Assembly: GCA_963740315.1 (NCBI GenBank)
Contig: CAVUDP010000002.1
Location: forward strand, 480,001 to 544,000
Source of the DNA: an uncultured cyanobacterium
GTDB lineage: Bacteria > Cyanobacteriota > Cyanobacteriia > Cyanobacteriales > Nostocaceae
DNA length: 64,000 bases
Direction: 5' to 3'
Shown in pieces: positions 29,582 to 40,463 of the stretch. Every line of letters begins with the position of its first letter. Position 1 is the stretch's first letter. The notes beneath the pieces are model-generated. The model saw nothing but the letters and a program-made list of their open reading frames with translations, made no database searches and was not told the DNA's origin. Position numbers and translations under genes: made by a program.

Positions 29582-30613
29582 TTATTCGGTTTCTTGGATT
29601 TGCAAGCGAACTGTACGTTCGGTTGTACCGCTAATCCGTAATTCCATGACTTCGCCACCGAGGGGTTCCAAACAATCTAGTAGCGATCTTAGATGTGGTG
29701 TGGAAGCACCCGTATCAACGTAAAGCCGATCTGATAGATTCGCGATGCGTTTCCAAGTCATGTATAGCTTGGCTATGGTTTGCTCGATCGCAGATGCTTG
29801 ATTGACTAAATCGGCGGCTATACTCATGCATCCGACTCTTTGAGCTTCTTCTAATGCTGTTTCAATATCAACTTCTTCGTTGGAAAGGGCTTGTACTTGT
29901 ACGGCTGCTTTGAGATATTTTGCTAGGTAACGCGCCTCTGTTGTAACCTGTTTGAGAGTTTCAACATCTGGATTAGCAGTAATTTCATCTTGGATGACTG
30001 CTTGATGGAGTTGTGGTAATTTTTCCATTTCTTTTACCAGTGGCGCAAGATAACGAGGGGGAAGGGTGTTATCGGCTGCTTTGAGCTTGACTGGTTCGGG
30101 TAGTAAATCTGAGGACATTGCCGTCCACTCTTCAGAAAGTTGCTTTACTTCTCTTCTGGTAATGCGATCGCCATTTTGTGCGGCTTCACTAACCATTATT
30201 TGTACTTCTGGTGAAGCTTTGGCGGTTTCTACAAATGCCCGTTTACTAAAGTTATTGATAGAAGTTGTTTCAAGCTTGCCGGATTCTAACAGGGTATCGG
30301 CGCTGTTTGCTAATTGAATCAAAGCATACGCATTACTTTTACTAATTTCCCGTTCCTTGAGCCATTTTAAAAACCCCGTACCGCGTCCATCTCCTCCTTT
30401 TTTCTCGCGATCGCGAACGGCGCGTAAAATTCTTCCTCGCCAAATATCAGTTTGTAAATCAAATTTATCGCATACGTGCCAAGCTACATCAAGCTGCTGG
30501 AGAAACTCTATTTCAGGAATCGCTTCATCTTCGGGATCGGGTAGCTCGAAAGTCAAGTCTGCTGGCTGTTGTAAGGCTTCAACCAGTTCATTTATATTAT
30601 CGGTTGACTGCAC
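29582..30613 (-). CDS. Conserved cyanobacterial hypothetical protein (HTH-like N-terminal region, coiled-coil C-terminus)
   Basis: 343-aa ORF; GFLKWLKEREISKSNAYALIQLA resembles a DUF3102-like HTH. Confidence 0.7.
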   Translation of the reverse strand: MQSTDNINELVEALQQPADLTFELPDPEDEAIPEIEFLQQLDVAWHVCDKFDLQTDIWRGRILRAVRDREKKGGDGRGTGFLKWLKEREISKSNAYALIQLANSADTLLESGKLETTSINNFSKRAFVETAKASPEVQIMVSEAAQNGDRITRREVKQLSEEWTAMSSDLLPEPVKLKAADNTLPPRYLAPLVKEMEKLPQLHQAVIQDEITANPDVETLKQVTTEARYLAKYLKAAVQVQALSNEEVDIETALEEAQRVGCMSIAADLVNQASAIEQTIAKLYMTWKRIANLSDRLYVDTGASTPHLRSLLDCLEPLGGEVMELRISGTTERTVRLQIQETE

Positions 30614-30709
30614 GGTAATAATGGTTCCTTAAGGAAAGCGAAAGGCTTGGTTATTATCACATAATGTGGGTGCCGTATTTGATTTTTAATTATTTTTTTG
30701 TAGAAAGAA

Positions 30710-30770
30710 AGGTTCGTAGTAAGGGCTTAAGCCCTTCTATCCAAGGACTAAAGTCCCGACTACGAACCTA
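30710..30770. repeat. Hairpin element AGGTTCGTAGT...ACTACGAACCT
   Basis: Inverted ends; longer copy at about 60829-60937. Confidence 0.7.
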
Positions 30771-30832
30771 GCTTTCTTAACTTGATGGAGTATTAACCAC
30801 TAACAACTAACAACTAACAACTATCAACTAAC

Positions 30833-33421
30833 TTACTTTTCCTTATAAGTCCAAACGCCATCATCCCAGTCGTCATGAGTATGAGGATTATCTAACCAAT
30901 GGTGACAGCGTTTAAGATGCGATATTGCTGCTTTGTCATCTGCTTCGATTTCCAAGCAGAGGGCGAATTGGTTTTTGGCTGAGGTAAATTGACGGTTGAT
31001 GTAGTATTCGCGTCCTTTATGATAATGTTCGATCGCGGTTAGTTTATCGCCGCTGATATTATCGCTACGCAAACCGATTAATTCGTATATTGATACTGGC
31101 TCGTTGCGACCTTTAACGCGAATGTAATCTAATTCTCTTGCCCATACCAAGTGTTTGCAAGGTTCATGGGTGTTATCGCTGATAATAATGTCGCAGCCGT
31201 ACTGTTTGCTGACGCTTTCTAAACGAGAACCAAGGTTTACACCATCGCCGATCGCGGTGAATTCCATGCGTTTGCTCGAACCAATGTTTCCACTGATTAC
31301 AACGTCTGAGTTGATACCAATACCAATCTTAATTTCTGGCTTGTTGTCCGCATGACGACGGATGTTAAAGTCGTTTAAGCGATGGCGCATTTCTAAAGAT
31401 GTTTGTACTGCCATCCAAGCATGGTTTTGTAAAGGTAACGGCGAACCATATACAGCCATGATGGCATCACCAATATATTTATCTAAGGTGCCTTTATGTT
31501 TGAAAACCGCTTCCACCATTGACTCGAAGTATTCGTTGAGCATACCAACTACTTCTTCGGCTTCCAAGTTTTCCGTTAAAGTAGTGTAGCCGCGAATATC
31601 GGAAAATAGAATCGAAACTTCTTTGCGATCGCCACCTAGTTTTGCGTCGTCTAATTTAAGTAGTTCTTCGGCTAATTCCTGAGTCATGTAGCGGTACATG
31701 GTACTTTTGAGCCGTTTTTCGTCGCTGATATCATCCATTACTACCAGCGCCCCCCTAACTTGTCGATTGTCGCTTGCGTCGGCGATGGTGTTGATCGACA
31801 AGTTGATGCTATTTTCTAAAGATTCATGGGTAAGAAGAGTGCGATCGGGATAATATTGTTCGCGTAATTTATCATCGGTAACATTTAAAGCATCGTCACA
31901 CCATTTATCGAAGTCGTTTTCTTTGATATTGATGATGTCGTTGATTAATTTGCCTTCTAAACGTTCTTCTGCTTCTAATCCCAACAAACGCAAAGCGCTT
32001 TCATTGGCAGCAACGACGTAGCCTTTTTTATCAGTAGAAATAACACCATTGGAAAGACTGCGAAGAATATCGCGCTGCATTTGTTCTTGTTGCTTGATGG
32101 TGGCGAACAATTGAGCGTTTTGCAGTGCTACACCTGCTTGTATATTAAAGGCTTCCATAAACTGTTCGTCATTACGATCGAAGCTAGCTTGGAAGCATTC
32201 GGGGGCTTGGGGCCAATCTTCGGGGTTATAAGGAGGACATTGATTTTTGTTCTTCTTATTTACCAGTTGAGTTACGCCAATTAATTCCCGATCGCCGTTG
32301 AATACTGGCATACACAGCAAACTACAGGTACGATAACCGTTGGAACTGTCTATTTGTTTGGCGGTGTCGGAGTCGGGATTGTCGTACAGATCGAAGGGGA
32401 TATTTAATATTTTACCGCTTTGAGCTACTTGACCGACAAAACCCTTACCCATAGGTACTCGTAACTCTTTTGTCGAACCATCACCCAAGGTAATTTTCGT
32501 CCACAATTCTTGGCGATCGCGATCTATTAACCATAAAGTAGAGCGATCGGCGTTCATCAGTTGTTTGGCTTCATCCATCACTCGCTTGAGTGTCTCTTCT
32601 AAATCGAGACTGCTTTGGGAAAGTGATTTAATAGCTTTCATCAACGCTTCAGCAGCTCGTTGTTTTTGAGTCGCTACATAAAAGGAACGCGATGATTCTA
32701 AAATTAATCGGATCGAAGGCGCAAACTCCTGGAATAGTTCCTCGTCAGCATCGGTAAAACCCTTAATATCAATACGTTCCGATAAAGGGGCTTCACTGTT
32801 GCTATCTGGTTTTAATTTGTTTAACAATTGCACTACCGCAACCAATTTACCTTGTTCGTTGAGCAAAGGTAAAGCCAACATCGTGAAGGTACGGTAGTCG
32901 GTTCTTTTTTCATGCTGCCGCGCAAAAGAAGAACGAGTATCGTTGTAAAAATCAAAGGGAATATTTACAACTTTTTTATCAGTAGCAACTTCACCAGCAA
33001 TGCCTTTATTTGCCGGTATGCGAATCTCTAAAGAGCGATTTCCTTCCCCTTCGGCAACAATTGTATATAATTCTTGTTTTTCCTCATCTAACAGAAATAT
33101 TGTTGTTCTATCTGCCCCTAGTAATTCCCCGGTTTTTAAGGTGATAGATTGCAACATCTCTTGCAAAATTGCTTCAAACCCTTTAGAGTCCAGCATGGAT
33201 AGGGTTTGATTAACAATTTGTAACTTATGCTCTACATCTTTAACAACTTGTTTAAAAGTATCTTGAGTCAAAGGAGCAAGGAAATTAGAAATAGTTCCTT
33301 CTTGTTGACTCGCAAGAGCATCCAATCGAGTAGGATTTTGAATAAAGTCGCGTTCCCCTGAATTTTTGCCCCCGATAATTAAATCGGTGGTTTCACCGCG
33401 ACTACGTTGGTAGACTGACAT
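30833..33421 (-). CDS. cyaB1: Class III adenylate cyclase, GAF-GAF-PAS-CHD-TPR architecture (CyaB1-like)
   Basis: Two GAF domains (NKxxFxxxDE), PAS domain, ILFSDIRGYT, DKYIGDAIMA, TAIGDGVNLGSRLES. Confidence 0.92.
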   Translation of the reverse strand: MSVYQRSRGETTDLIIGGKNSGERDFIQNPTRLDALASQQEGTISNFLAPLTQDTFKQVVKDVEHKLQIVNQTLSMLDSKGFEAILQEMLQSITLKTGELLGADRTTIFLLDEEKQELYTIVAEGEGNRSLEIRIPANKGIAGEVATDKKVVNIPFDFYNDTRSSFARQHEKRTDYRTFTMLALPLLNEQGKLVAVVQLLNKLKPDSNSEAPLSERIDIKGFTDADEELFQEFAPSIRLILESSRSFYVATQKQRAAEALMKAIKSLSQSSLDLEETLKRVMDEAKQLMNADRSTLWLIDRDRQELWTKITLGDGSTKELRVPMGKGFVGQVAQSGKILNIPFDLYDNPDSDTAKQIDSSNGYRTCSLLCMPVFNGDRELIGVTQLVNKKNKNQCPPYNPEDWPQAPECFQASFDRNDEQFMEAFNIQAGVALQNAQLFATIKQQEQMQRDILRSLSNGVISTDKKGYVVAANESALRLLGLEAEERLEGKLINDIINIKENDFDKWCDDALNVTDDKLREQYYPDRTLLTHESLENSINLSINTIADASDNRQVRGALVVMDDISDEKRLKSTMYRYMTQELAEELLKLDDAKLGGDRKEVSILFSDIRGYTTLTENLEAEEVVGMLNEYFESMVEAVFKHKGTLDKYIGDAIMAVYGSPLPLQNHAWMAVQTSLEMRHRLNDFNIRRHADNKPEIKIGIGINSDVVISGNIGSSKRMEFTAIGDGVNLGSRLESVSKQYGCDIIISDNTHEPCKHLVWARELDYIRVKGRNEPVSIYELIGLRSDNISGDKLTAIEHYHKGREYYINRQFTSAKNQFALCLEIEADDKAAISHLKRCHHWLDNPHTHDDWDDGVWTYKEK

Positions 33422-34572
33422 AACTGCCTTATGATATAAGATTTGTTTTAGAAATGGCTGTTTGCAGGTGGATTTATCGCCTGCATTCTAACTAAAATTT
33501 GCTTTTGAGAAAAATAGACTTCTTGTATAAATCGATGAATGTTAAGAGATACAGAGAAAAATTAGCATCAAGCGGCTTTTTCTCTAACTTTTAACTAATT
33601 AAAAAATATTTTGACAAGAAGTCCAATCAAATAAGAACATTATCCACAGTTTAATCTCTCCTCAGAGAAAACGTCACTGACAAAGATACGTAGATAATCA
33701 AACAAGAAAAAACAAATTAAATTTTTACTTACAAGTACATAAGCCTAGATATTTCTGTATTAACTCATAATTAAAAGATTGTCTTTTTCTAATTTCATTT
33801 TTATGTTTACCGTTCTAAAAAACATCTTAATTTGAGTCCTATTTAATCTAGGTAAGTATATTGATAAAAAAGCAAATAAATTTACTTACTGAGCTTTTGA
33901 AAATAGTCCTATTTTTATTCTTTTAGCAGAACAATATACCCTACCTTTGATTCATCTCAATCCGTTTGCTGCAATAACATCCACAGCATCAGGTATTGAA
34001 TAGTAGAGTTGTAATTTACTACAGACTATATTCATATTATTCCCAAAATTTTTACAAAAGTAACAGGTTAAATTTCGCAAAGGTTTCAAACATAATTTTT
34101 ATAAATCAAAATATTTGATGCAAGTAAGCAGTTTAAAAATAGCTCTTAATATTGATATTAAGTTTTGTCCGTATCCCACAAATTTTTCAGCAATAGTAGA
34201 GTGTCCGCGTCTCGGAGCGAAAAAATTAATAGTTTAAATGAACTACTTTAAGCTAAATATGTAAAAAAGTATCGGAATGTTTACGTACTTAAAATTAGTT
34301 TAAGTATATTTATTGAGTATAAAATAAATGTTAGGTTTTAACTGCATATCACTTGATATTAAAAGATTTGAGCTTTATCTTCAGAGTAAAAAAGTATGAT
34401 AAAGCACTTGATATTATTGTACTAATACTTAAGAGCTAACAGATTTTACTAAGAATATAAATTTACTTTGTATAAACATCGGCATTTCTCAGGATGCTGT
34501 CCAATGATTTATTAAGTTAAAAATTAGTTGTTTAAAATACCAATAAGTCAGTGATTTTACTGATAAAATTTG

Positions 34573-35907
34573 ATGTCCTCAAATCAGCAACAAAATAATC
34601 AAGCGATCGGCTTGTTTACTGCAACCTGTATCGTGGTAGCTAATATGATAGGTACGGGTGTATTCACTAGCTTAGGCTTTCAAGTAGTGGATATTAAATC
34701 TGGTTTCACACTGCTATTTTTATGGATGGTAGGTGGAGTTTTCGCTTTATGCGGCGCTTTAAGTTATGGCGAATTAGGCGCAGCAATGCCTTATTCGGGT
34801 GGAGAATATTATTATTTATCTCGTATATATCATCCAGTAGTGGGTTTTTTATCTGGATGGGTATCGGTAACAGTCGGTTTTGCTGCACCAATTGCAGCCG
34901 CAGCTATGGCTTTGGGAGCATATTTTAAAGGTGTATTCCCGATAGTTTCTTCAACAGCTATTGCTTTAGCTGTAGTTATCGGAGTTTCTTTAATTCATAG
35001 TAGAAGTAAAACATTTGGTAGCTACTTTCAACAGATATTTACGATTTTGAAAGTTCTACTAATTGTAGTTTTAATTGTCTGCGGTTTCTTATTAGCAGAA
35101 CCCCAACAATTAGGATTTTTACCTTCAACGGGAGATGTAAATTTAATCTTCAGTTCTCCCTTTGCAATTTCGTTAGTTTACGTAACCTATTCATATTCAG
35201 GGTGGAATGCAGCCGTTTATTTAGCTAGTGAAGTAGAAGAACCGGAAAAAAATCTACCTCGTTCTTTAATTGGCGGAACTTTGATTGTAATGGGATTGTA
35301 TCTACTATTAAATTTTATATTTTTACACACTACGCCACTTAATAAATTAGCAGGAGAAGTAGAGGTTGGGTATATCGCAGCTAATCAAATTTTTGGCTTA
35401 TTCGGAGCAAAAATAATGGGTGTACTAATTTCATTTGGACTAATAAGTTCAATTAGTTCAATGGTTTTAGCAGGACCAAGAGTTACTCAAGCAATTGGTG
35501 AAGATATTCCTTTATTTAAAATGCTTGCGAGGAAAAACACCAACGGCATTCCATATCTGGCAATTCTCGTACAGCTTTTTATCGTTACCGTGTTGATACT
35601 AACATCTAGTTTTCAAGCAGTAATTACTTATTTAGGATTTACTCTCACTTTATCTTCATTTATTACAGTTTTAGGGGTTTTCGTTAACCGTTTCCGATAT
35701 CCCGATGCACCTCGCCCTTATCAAACTTGGGGTTATCCTTTTACACCACTGATCTTTTTAGGAATTAGTTTGTGGATGTTGGTGTACCTTTTGATCGATC
35801 AACCCGTGGAATCTTTAACGGGAATGGGGACGTTAGGAATCGGTTTAATTGTCTATTTAGTTGCTAACAAAAACAAGTTGGGCTGGTCTTCTGTTACTGA
35901 TAAATAA
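34573..35907 (+). CDS. APC family amino acid permease
   Basis: ANMIGTGVF, YGELGAAMPYSGGEY, YSYSGWN, RPYQTWGYP; about 12 TM segments. Confidence 0.92.
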   Translation: MSSNQQQNNQAIGLFTATCIVVANMIGTGVFTSLGFQVVDIKSGFTLLFLWMVGGVFALCGALSYGELGAAMPYSGGEYYYLSRIYHPVVGFLSGWVSVTVGFAAPIAAAAMALGAYFKGVFPIVSSTAIALAVVIGVSLIHSRSKTFGSYFQQIFTILKVLLIVVLIVCGFLLAEPQQLGFLPSTGDVNLIFSSPFAISLVYVTYSYSGWNAAVYLASEVEEPEKNLPRSLIGGTLIVMGLYLLLNFIFLHTTPLNKLAGEVEVGYIAANQIFGLFGAKIMGVLISFGLISSISSMVLAGPRVTQAIGEDIPLFKMLARKNTNGIPYLAILVQLFIVTVLILTSSFQAVITYLGFTLTLSSFITVLGVFVNRFRYPDAPRPYQTWGYPFTPLIFLGISLWMLVYLLIDQPVESLTGMGTLGIGLIVYLVANKNKLGWSSVTDK

Positions 35908-35930
35908 CTTTGAAACATTTCCCTAAAATC

Positions 35931-37112
35931 ATGAACAATAAATTATTTTCCGCTTTTTTAAGTACTGGTGTTGGCGCATTATTGTTATTACAAGGATGTA
36001 GTTCTGGCGGAAACATCAATACTAACTCGATTACGAATAACGCGATAAAAGCTGAATCAACTAAACCCGTAGATCCTTTAGCAAAATTTGACAAAGCAAA
36101 ATCAGCTAAATTAACTGATACGGCTAAATTGCTCGCGGGAATGGAAGTTGATAGTCAAAGTCCTTTGGCGAAAGTACAGAAAAATAGAGGTTGGAATTCC
36201 CACCAAAATTACTACAAAAATGCCTGGTCTAAATTAGAAAAACAGCAGCTAGCAAAGGTGAGAAACTGGAGAGCAAAAGAGTTACAGGCAATTAATGCTA
36301 AATCACCATCAGTTTTTTATCCTTTCAGCGGACCAGATTTTCTTTACTCTTTCTCTTTATTTCCTAAAGCCAAAGAAATGGTTTTAGTAGGTTTAGAACC
36401 AGTAGGTACCGTTCCAGATTTTGCAAAACTTTCTGCGAATCAAACTACTACAGCATTAGGTAAAGCAAGAAGTTCTTTATCAGAAATTTTGCAATTCAGC
36501 TTCTTTCGCACCAACGATATGAGAGTTGATTTACAAAAGCAAGGAGTTTTACCGATTTTGTACGTGTTTATGGCACGCACTAACAATCGCATCCTCGATT
36601 TGCAATACATCGGGTTAGATAAAAATGCTAATGTCGGAGAATTAAAAAAAGGCATGGTACCGGGAGTAAAAATTGCTTTTGTCCCCCAAGGAGAATCACA
36701 ACCTCGTACTTTGTATTATTTCTCTACAGACTTATCTAACGATGGTTTAAAAAAGCATCCCGAATTAAAACAGTTTGTTAGCAAACTTGATAACCCCGTA
36801 ACTTATTTGAAAGCAGCTTCTTATTTAATGTATAACGGTAGCTTTTCAAATATTAGAGATACCATTTTGGCTAACAGCAGCTATCTATTGCAAGATGATT
36901 CTGGAATGCCTTTAAAATCTTTCGACAATTCCAAATGGGATTTAAAATTTTATGGTGCTTATTCTCGTCCGATTGGTTTATTTCGCAATCGCTATCAGTC
37001 AGATTTGAGAAGGGTTTATACAAGTAGTAAAGATATCCAGCCTTTAGATTTTGGTATTGGTTATAAATTTGGTGTCAATCAGTCAAATTTAATGTTAGCT
37101 AAGACTAAATAA
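35931..37112 (+). CDS. Hypothetical lipoprotein (possible Rossmann-like fold)
   Basis: LLLQGC lipobox; VFYPFSGPDFL, VGLEPVG, YLKAASY and QDDSG motifs; directly behind the permease. Confidence 0.75.
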   Translation: MNNKLFSAFLSTGVGALLLLQGCSSGGNINTNSITNNAIKAESTKPVDPLAKFDKAKSAKLTDTAKLLAGMEVDSQSPLAKVQKNRGWNSHQNYYKNAWSKLEKQQLAKVRNWRAKELQAINAKSPSVFYPFSGPDFLYSFSLFPKAKEMVLVGLEPVGTVPDFAKLSANQTTTALGKARSSLSEILQFSFFRTNDMRVDLQKQGVLPILYVFMARTNNRILDLQYIGLDKNANVGELKKGMVPGVKIAFVPQGESQPRTLYYFSTDLSNDGLKKHPELKQFVSKLDNPVTYLKAASYLMYNGSFSNIRDTILANSSYLLQDDSGMPLKSFDNSKWDLKFYGAYSRPIGLFRNRYQSDLRRVYTSSKDIQPLDFGIGYKFGVNQSNLMLAKTK

Positions 37113-37126
37113 CATTAGATATTTGA

Positions 37127-37236
37127 TGTAGAGACGTAGCAGTGCTACGTCTCCATCGATTATGGTTAATATTATTACACCGAATTATCAATACCAACCA
37201 AAATAAAGAAAGACGTACCACTGCTACGTCTCTACA
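37127..37236. repeat. REPIN-like inverted pair of GTAGAGACGTAGCAGTGCTACGTCTC hairpins between convergent genes
   Basis: Hairpins at about 37128 and 37212 in opposite orientation. Confidence 0.75.
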
Positions 37237-37333
37237 TTACTCTTTTCTCTGCGCCCTCTGCGCCCTCTGCGGTTTTTTTATCGGTAATCTCGTGGCAGAA
37301 TAGGAGTAGTTATCTGTTTTTGACAAAATATAA

Positions 37334-38428
37334 TTAATAATCAATCATCCAGTATTTAAATGCCGGATGTTTTCCAGTAATTGCTCGTTCTACAATATTT
37401 TCGCAGATTTTCAACCCATTTTGACTATTAGTTAAAATTACGATTCCCGTTTTTAAATCTTTGTTAGCTACAATAAAACTTTTAAAAGTAACTAAATCTC
37501 CCCAATGCCAAAAGAAGTTACCAATATTAGTTTTTTCCAATCCCCAACCCAAACCCCAATTTAGAGAATCACTCAGTTTAATTTGGGGAGTTAACATCTG
37601 CTGTAAACTTGCTTCCGTCAAATTATTACTATCAATCGTTCCCGGTTTCATCATCGCGATCGCAAATTGAGCGTATTCAGCAGCAGTTGTGCGTAAACTT
37701 CCCGCAGATACCGCCGCTTTCGGTTGACTCATCGGTTTCGGTTTACCTTGGCGATCGTGTCCGTAACTAGCAATGTTTGCATATTCAGGTTGCCAAATTA
37801 AACTACTGCTATTCATTCCCCAAGGCTTTAATATTTGCTGTTGTAAATATGCTTCTAAAGGTTGTTCGGTAATTTTTTCAACTACACTTTGTAAATATAA
37901 AAAACCTTCCCCAGAATAACCAAATTTTGTTCCTGGATTATTTTTAAACCAAACGGGTTTGCTACCGCTCCAATTAGGAAAACCAGTAGTGTGAGATAAT
38001 ACTCTACGAGCAGTTACTTTGTTAATTCTAGAATCGGAAATTAATGGTTTATCGGTGTATTTTGTTAAAGGTGCATCTAAATCAATTTCTCCTCTTTCAG
38101 CCATTTTTAAGACTGCATAAGCAAATAATGGTTTAGTTAAAGAGGCAGCAGCAAAGATAGTTTCGTTATTAACAGATGTTTTCGTATATTTATTTTTAAC
38201 CCCAAAGCTTTTATTCCAAAATAATTCGCCATCCCGAATCACTGCTACAGAAATTCCTGGAATTCGGTTATTCCGCATTAACTTTGGGATTTGCGTTTCC
38301 AGATTACCAGTTATTGTTTCTGCTGCGGATTGAGAATTAGCAATTAAATTGAGTAAGCTGATGGAAGAAAGACTGACTATAGCAGTTGTACCTTGTTTTA
38401 ATAATTTTCTGCGGGATATTTGCGGCAT
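37334..38428 (-). CDS. Serine hydrolase/beta-lactamase (AmpC-like) family protein with Tat signal
   Basis: SRRKLLK twin-Arg signal, AASLTK (SxxK), LSHTTG, YSGEGF, WHWGD. Confidence 0.9.
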   Translation of the reverse strand: MPQISRRKLLKQGTTAIVSLSSISLLNLIANSQSAAETITGNLETQIPKLMRNNRIPGISVAVIRDGELFWNKSFGVKNKYTKTSVNNETIFAAASLTKPLFAYAVLKMAERGEIDLDAPLTKYTDKPLISDSRINKVTARRVLSHTTGFPNWSGSKPVWFKNNPGTKFGYSGEGFLYLQSVVEKITEQPLEAYLQQQILKPWGMNSSSLIWQPEYANIASYGHDRQGKPKPMSQPKAAVSAGSLRTTAAEYAQFAIAMMKPGTIDSNNLTEASLQQMLTPQIKLSDSLNWGLGWGLEKTNIGNFFWHWGDLVTFKSFIVANKDLKTGIVILTNSQNGLKICENIVERAITGKHPAFKYWMIDY

Positions 38429-38453
38429 TGTAGAGATTTTTTATAGTGCTATT

Positions 38454-39070
38454 AATGTAGAGACGTAGCAGTGCTACGTCTCCCTAGATTTCAATTTTTA
38501 ACGAGAATTCAATGAAATAGTGTTTATTGAATCTGCTATATCAGTTATAAGTTAAAAAACAATAAAATTCTTGTGTTACGGGCTAATTTGTATTAATTAA
38601 ATTTTTGGTTTGATGCGGTAAATGTAGAGACGTAGCAGTGCTACGTCTCCCTAGATTTCGATTTGTAACGAGAATTCAATGAAATAGTGTTTATTGAATC
38701 TGCTATATCAGTTATAAGTTAAAAAACAATAAAATTCTTGTGTTACGGGCTAATTTGTATTAATTAAATTTTTGGTTTGATGCGGTAAATTTCGGGAGGG
38801 AGACGTAGGGCTAATTTGTATTAATTAAATTTTTGGTTTGATGCGGTAAATTTCGGGAGGGAGACGTAGGGCTAATTTGTATTAATTAAATTTTTGGTTT
38901 GATGCGGTAAATTTCGGGAGGGAGACGTAGGGCTAATTTGTATTAATTAAATTTTTGGTTTGATGCGGTAAATTTCGGGAGGGAGACGTAGGGCTAATTT
39001 GTATTAATTAAATTTTTGGTTTGATGCGGTAAATTTCGGGAGGGAGACGTAGCACTGCTACGTCTCTACA
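38454..39070. repeat. REP-bounded compound tandem repeat: 2 x 167 bp overlapping 5 x 61 bp
   Basis: GTAGAGACG at 38457 and 38624; TTCGGGAGGGAGACGTAG at 38791, 38852, 38913, 38974 and 39035. Confidence 0.93.
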
Positions 39071-39071
39071 T

Positions 39072-40463
39072 TTATGGTAAATTACGAGGTGGTATTTCTT
39101 TACCTTGGTACATCCGCTTTTCTAATCTCCCCAAACCAAACCATGCACCACCTAATAAAAGAAATATTGCAGAAAGTGATATGGGCAAAATTACTGGTTT
39201 ATCCTGCAATAAAGATGTTAGGGGGATCGCTGCCCAAGCTAGTACAGCCAGAAGTGCGATCGCCATTCTCAATTTCCTAATCCTAACAAGTGCTTTACTA
39301 CAGCTTCCACATTTTTTGGTATGGGAATGATATCTATCTAAAAGTTCTTCTGTTGATAACCTTGGTGGTAAAGTTTCTCCAGGAAATGGATTTGCATTAT
39401 ATTTATTCACCCACTGTCGCAATTCGGATACATAGGTATCGGCTTTGGTGGGTAGATAAAATGCTTTGTTAAAATTTGCACTTCCCCCGGATTCTTCTAA
39501 ATAACGCTCTTGATAGTGGAGAAAAATTTGATCGTCTTCTAAAACCCGATTATTTCCGATGTGAGAATACCAGCGTGGAGTTAACTTGATAAAGAAAGCA
39601 GGTAGTTTTGCGGAGAATTTAAAGGGGAAACGCGCAAATAAACGACATTCACCTTTACGAATGGGAGTAGCGTAAACTACTGTCAAAGTTCTACCAAATT
39701 TCTTCGATGTTAAATCGTGACATACTAATCCCGGCGCGATAAATGTTGTATCTTGTTTTCCTAAAGTACCTTTTCTCGGTCCTTGTTGCCAAATTCCTGT
39801 AAAACCGTTTTTCCCGGATTCAACTACTTCTAATTCTACGGGTGAAACGCTGGATCTATTTCCGACGGTGGCGTGATGGGTAAAGGGAATATGGCTGGAA
39901 TCGATGACGTTTTCTAATAATGTTAAAGCATCGTAAGGTAAATCCCGAAAGGTATTTAAAACAACCCATTCGTCGGGTGATTCTTCGATCGCTTCAATAA
40001 TGGGAACTTCTATATTTTCGGCATTTTCGGCGTTTCCAGGGAAGATAAACAATAATCCTTGTTTAACAGTTGTTGGGAAAGACACAACACAAGCTCTTTG
40101 AGAAGATTCAGCTTTTGTACCTTCGGGTTGTTGGGGGATGCGATCGCATTTACCATCACCAGCAAAAGCCCAACCGTGATAGGGACATTCTAAAAGTCCA
40201 TCTTCGGCAATTCTTCCTTCGGATAACGGTACGAGACGATGAGGACATTTATCTTCAAAAACTCGCCAGCAAGATGCTTGTTTATCCCACCAAATTACAA
40301 CGTCTTTGTTGAGGATAGTAAAACGGGTAAGTTTGGATTTGTCTAAGTCGTCAATATAATGAATGGGATACCAAGCTTCAAGTACATCAAATTGATTTGG
40401 ATCTGTACCTCCGGCGGGTAATTGGTTGGTTTTATTGGAGGTTTTAGTGAGGGTTGAGGTCAT
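39072..40463 (-). CDS. Rieske 2Fe-2S oxygenase, pheophorbide a oxygenase/Tic55-like
   Basis: CPHRLVPLSEG...CPYHGW Rieske motif, ENVIDSSHIPFTHH iron site, HTKKCGSC, C-terminal TM helices. Confidence 0.92.
   Translation of the reverse strand: MTSTLTKTSNKTNQLPAGGTDPNQFDVLEAWYPIHYIDDLDKSKLTRFTILNKDVVIWWDKQASCWRVFEDKCPHRLVPLSEGRIAEDGLLECPYHGWAFAGDGKCDRIPQQPEGTKAESSQRACVVSFPTTVKQGLLFIFPGNAENAENIEVPIIEAIEESPDEWVVLNTFRDLPYDALTLLENVIDSSHIPFTHHATVGNRSSVSPVELEVVESGKNGFTGIWQQGPRKGTLGKQDTTFIAPGLVCHDLTSKKFGRTLTVVYATPIRKGECRLFARFPFKFSAKLPAFFIKLTPRWYSHIGNNRVLEDDQIFLHYQERYLEESGGSANFNKAFYLPTKADTYVSELRQWVNKYNANPFPGETLPPRLSTEELLDRYHSHTKKCGSCSKALVRIRKLRMAIALLAVLAWAAIPLTSLLQDKPVILPISLSAIFLLLGGAWFGLGRLEKRMYQGKEIPPRNLP

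Noticed and set aside
33422..34569. Hidden gene or ncRNA in the 1.1-kb intergenic region, including a 27-codon minus-strand ORF near 33955-34036
   Set aside because: AT-rich divergent promoter region; no recognisable motif or convincing structure
38747..39051. Possible CRISPR array (61-bp period)
   Set aside because: All five units are identical, so there is no repeat-spacer alternation
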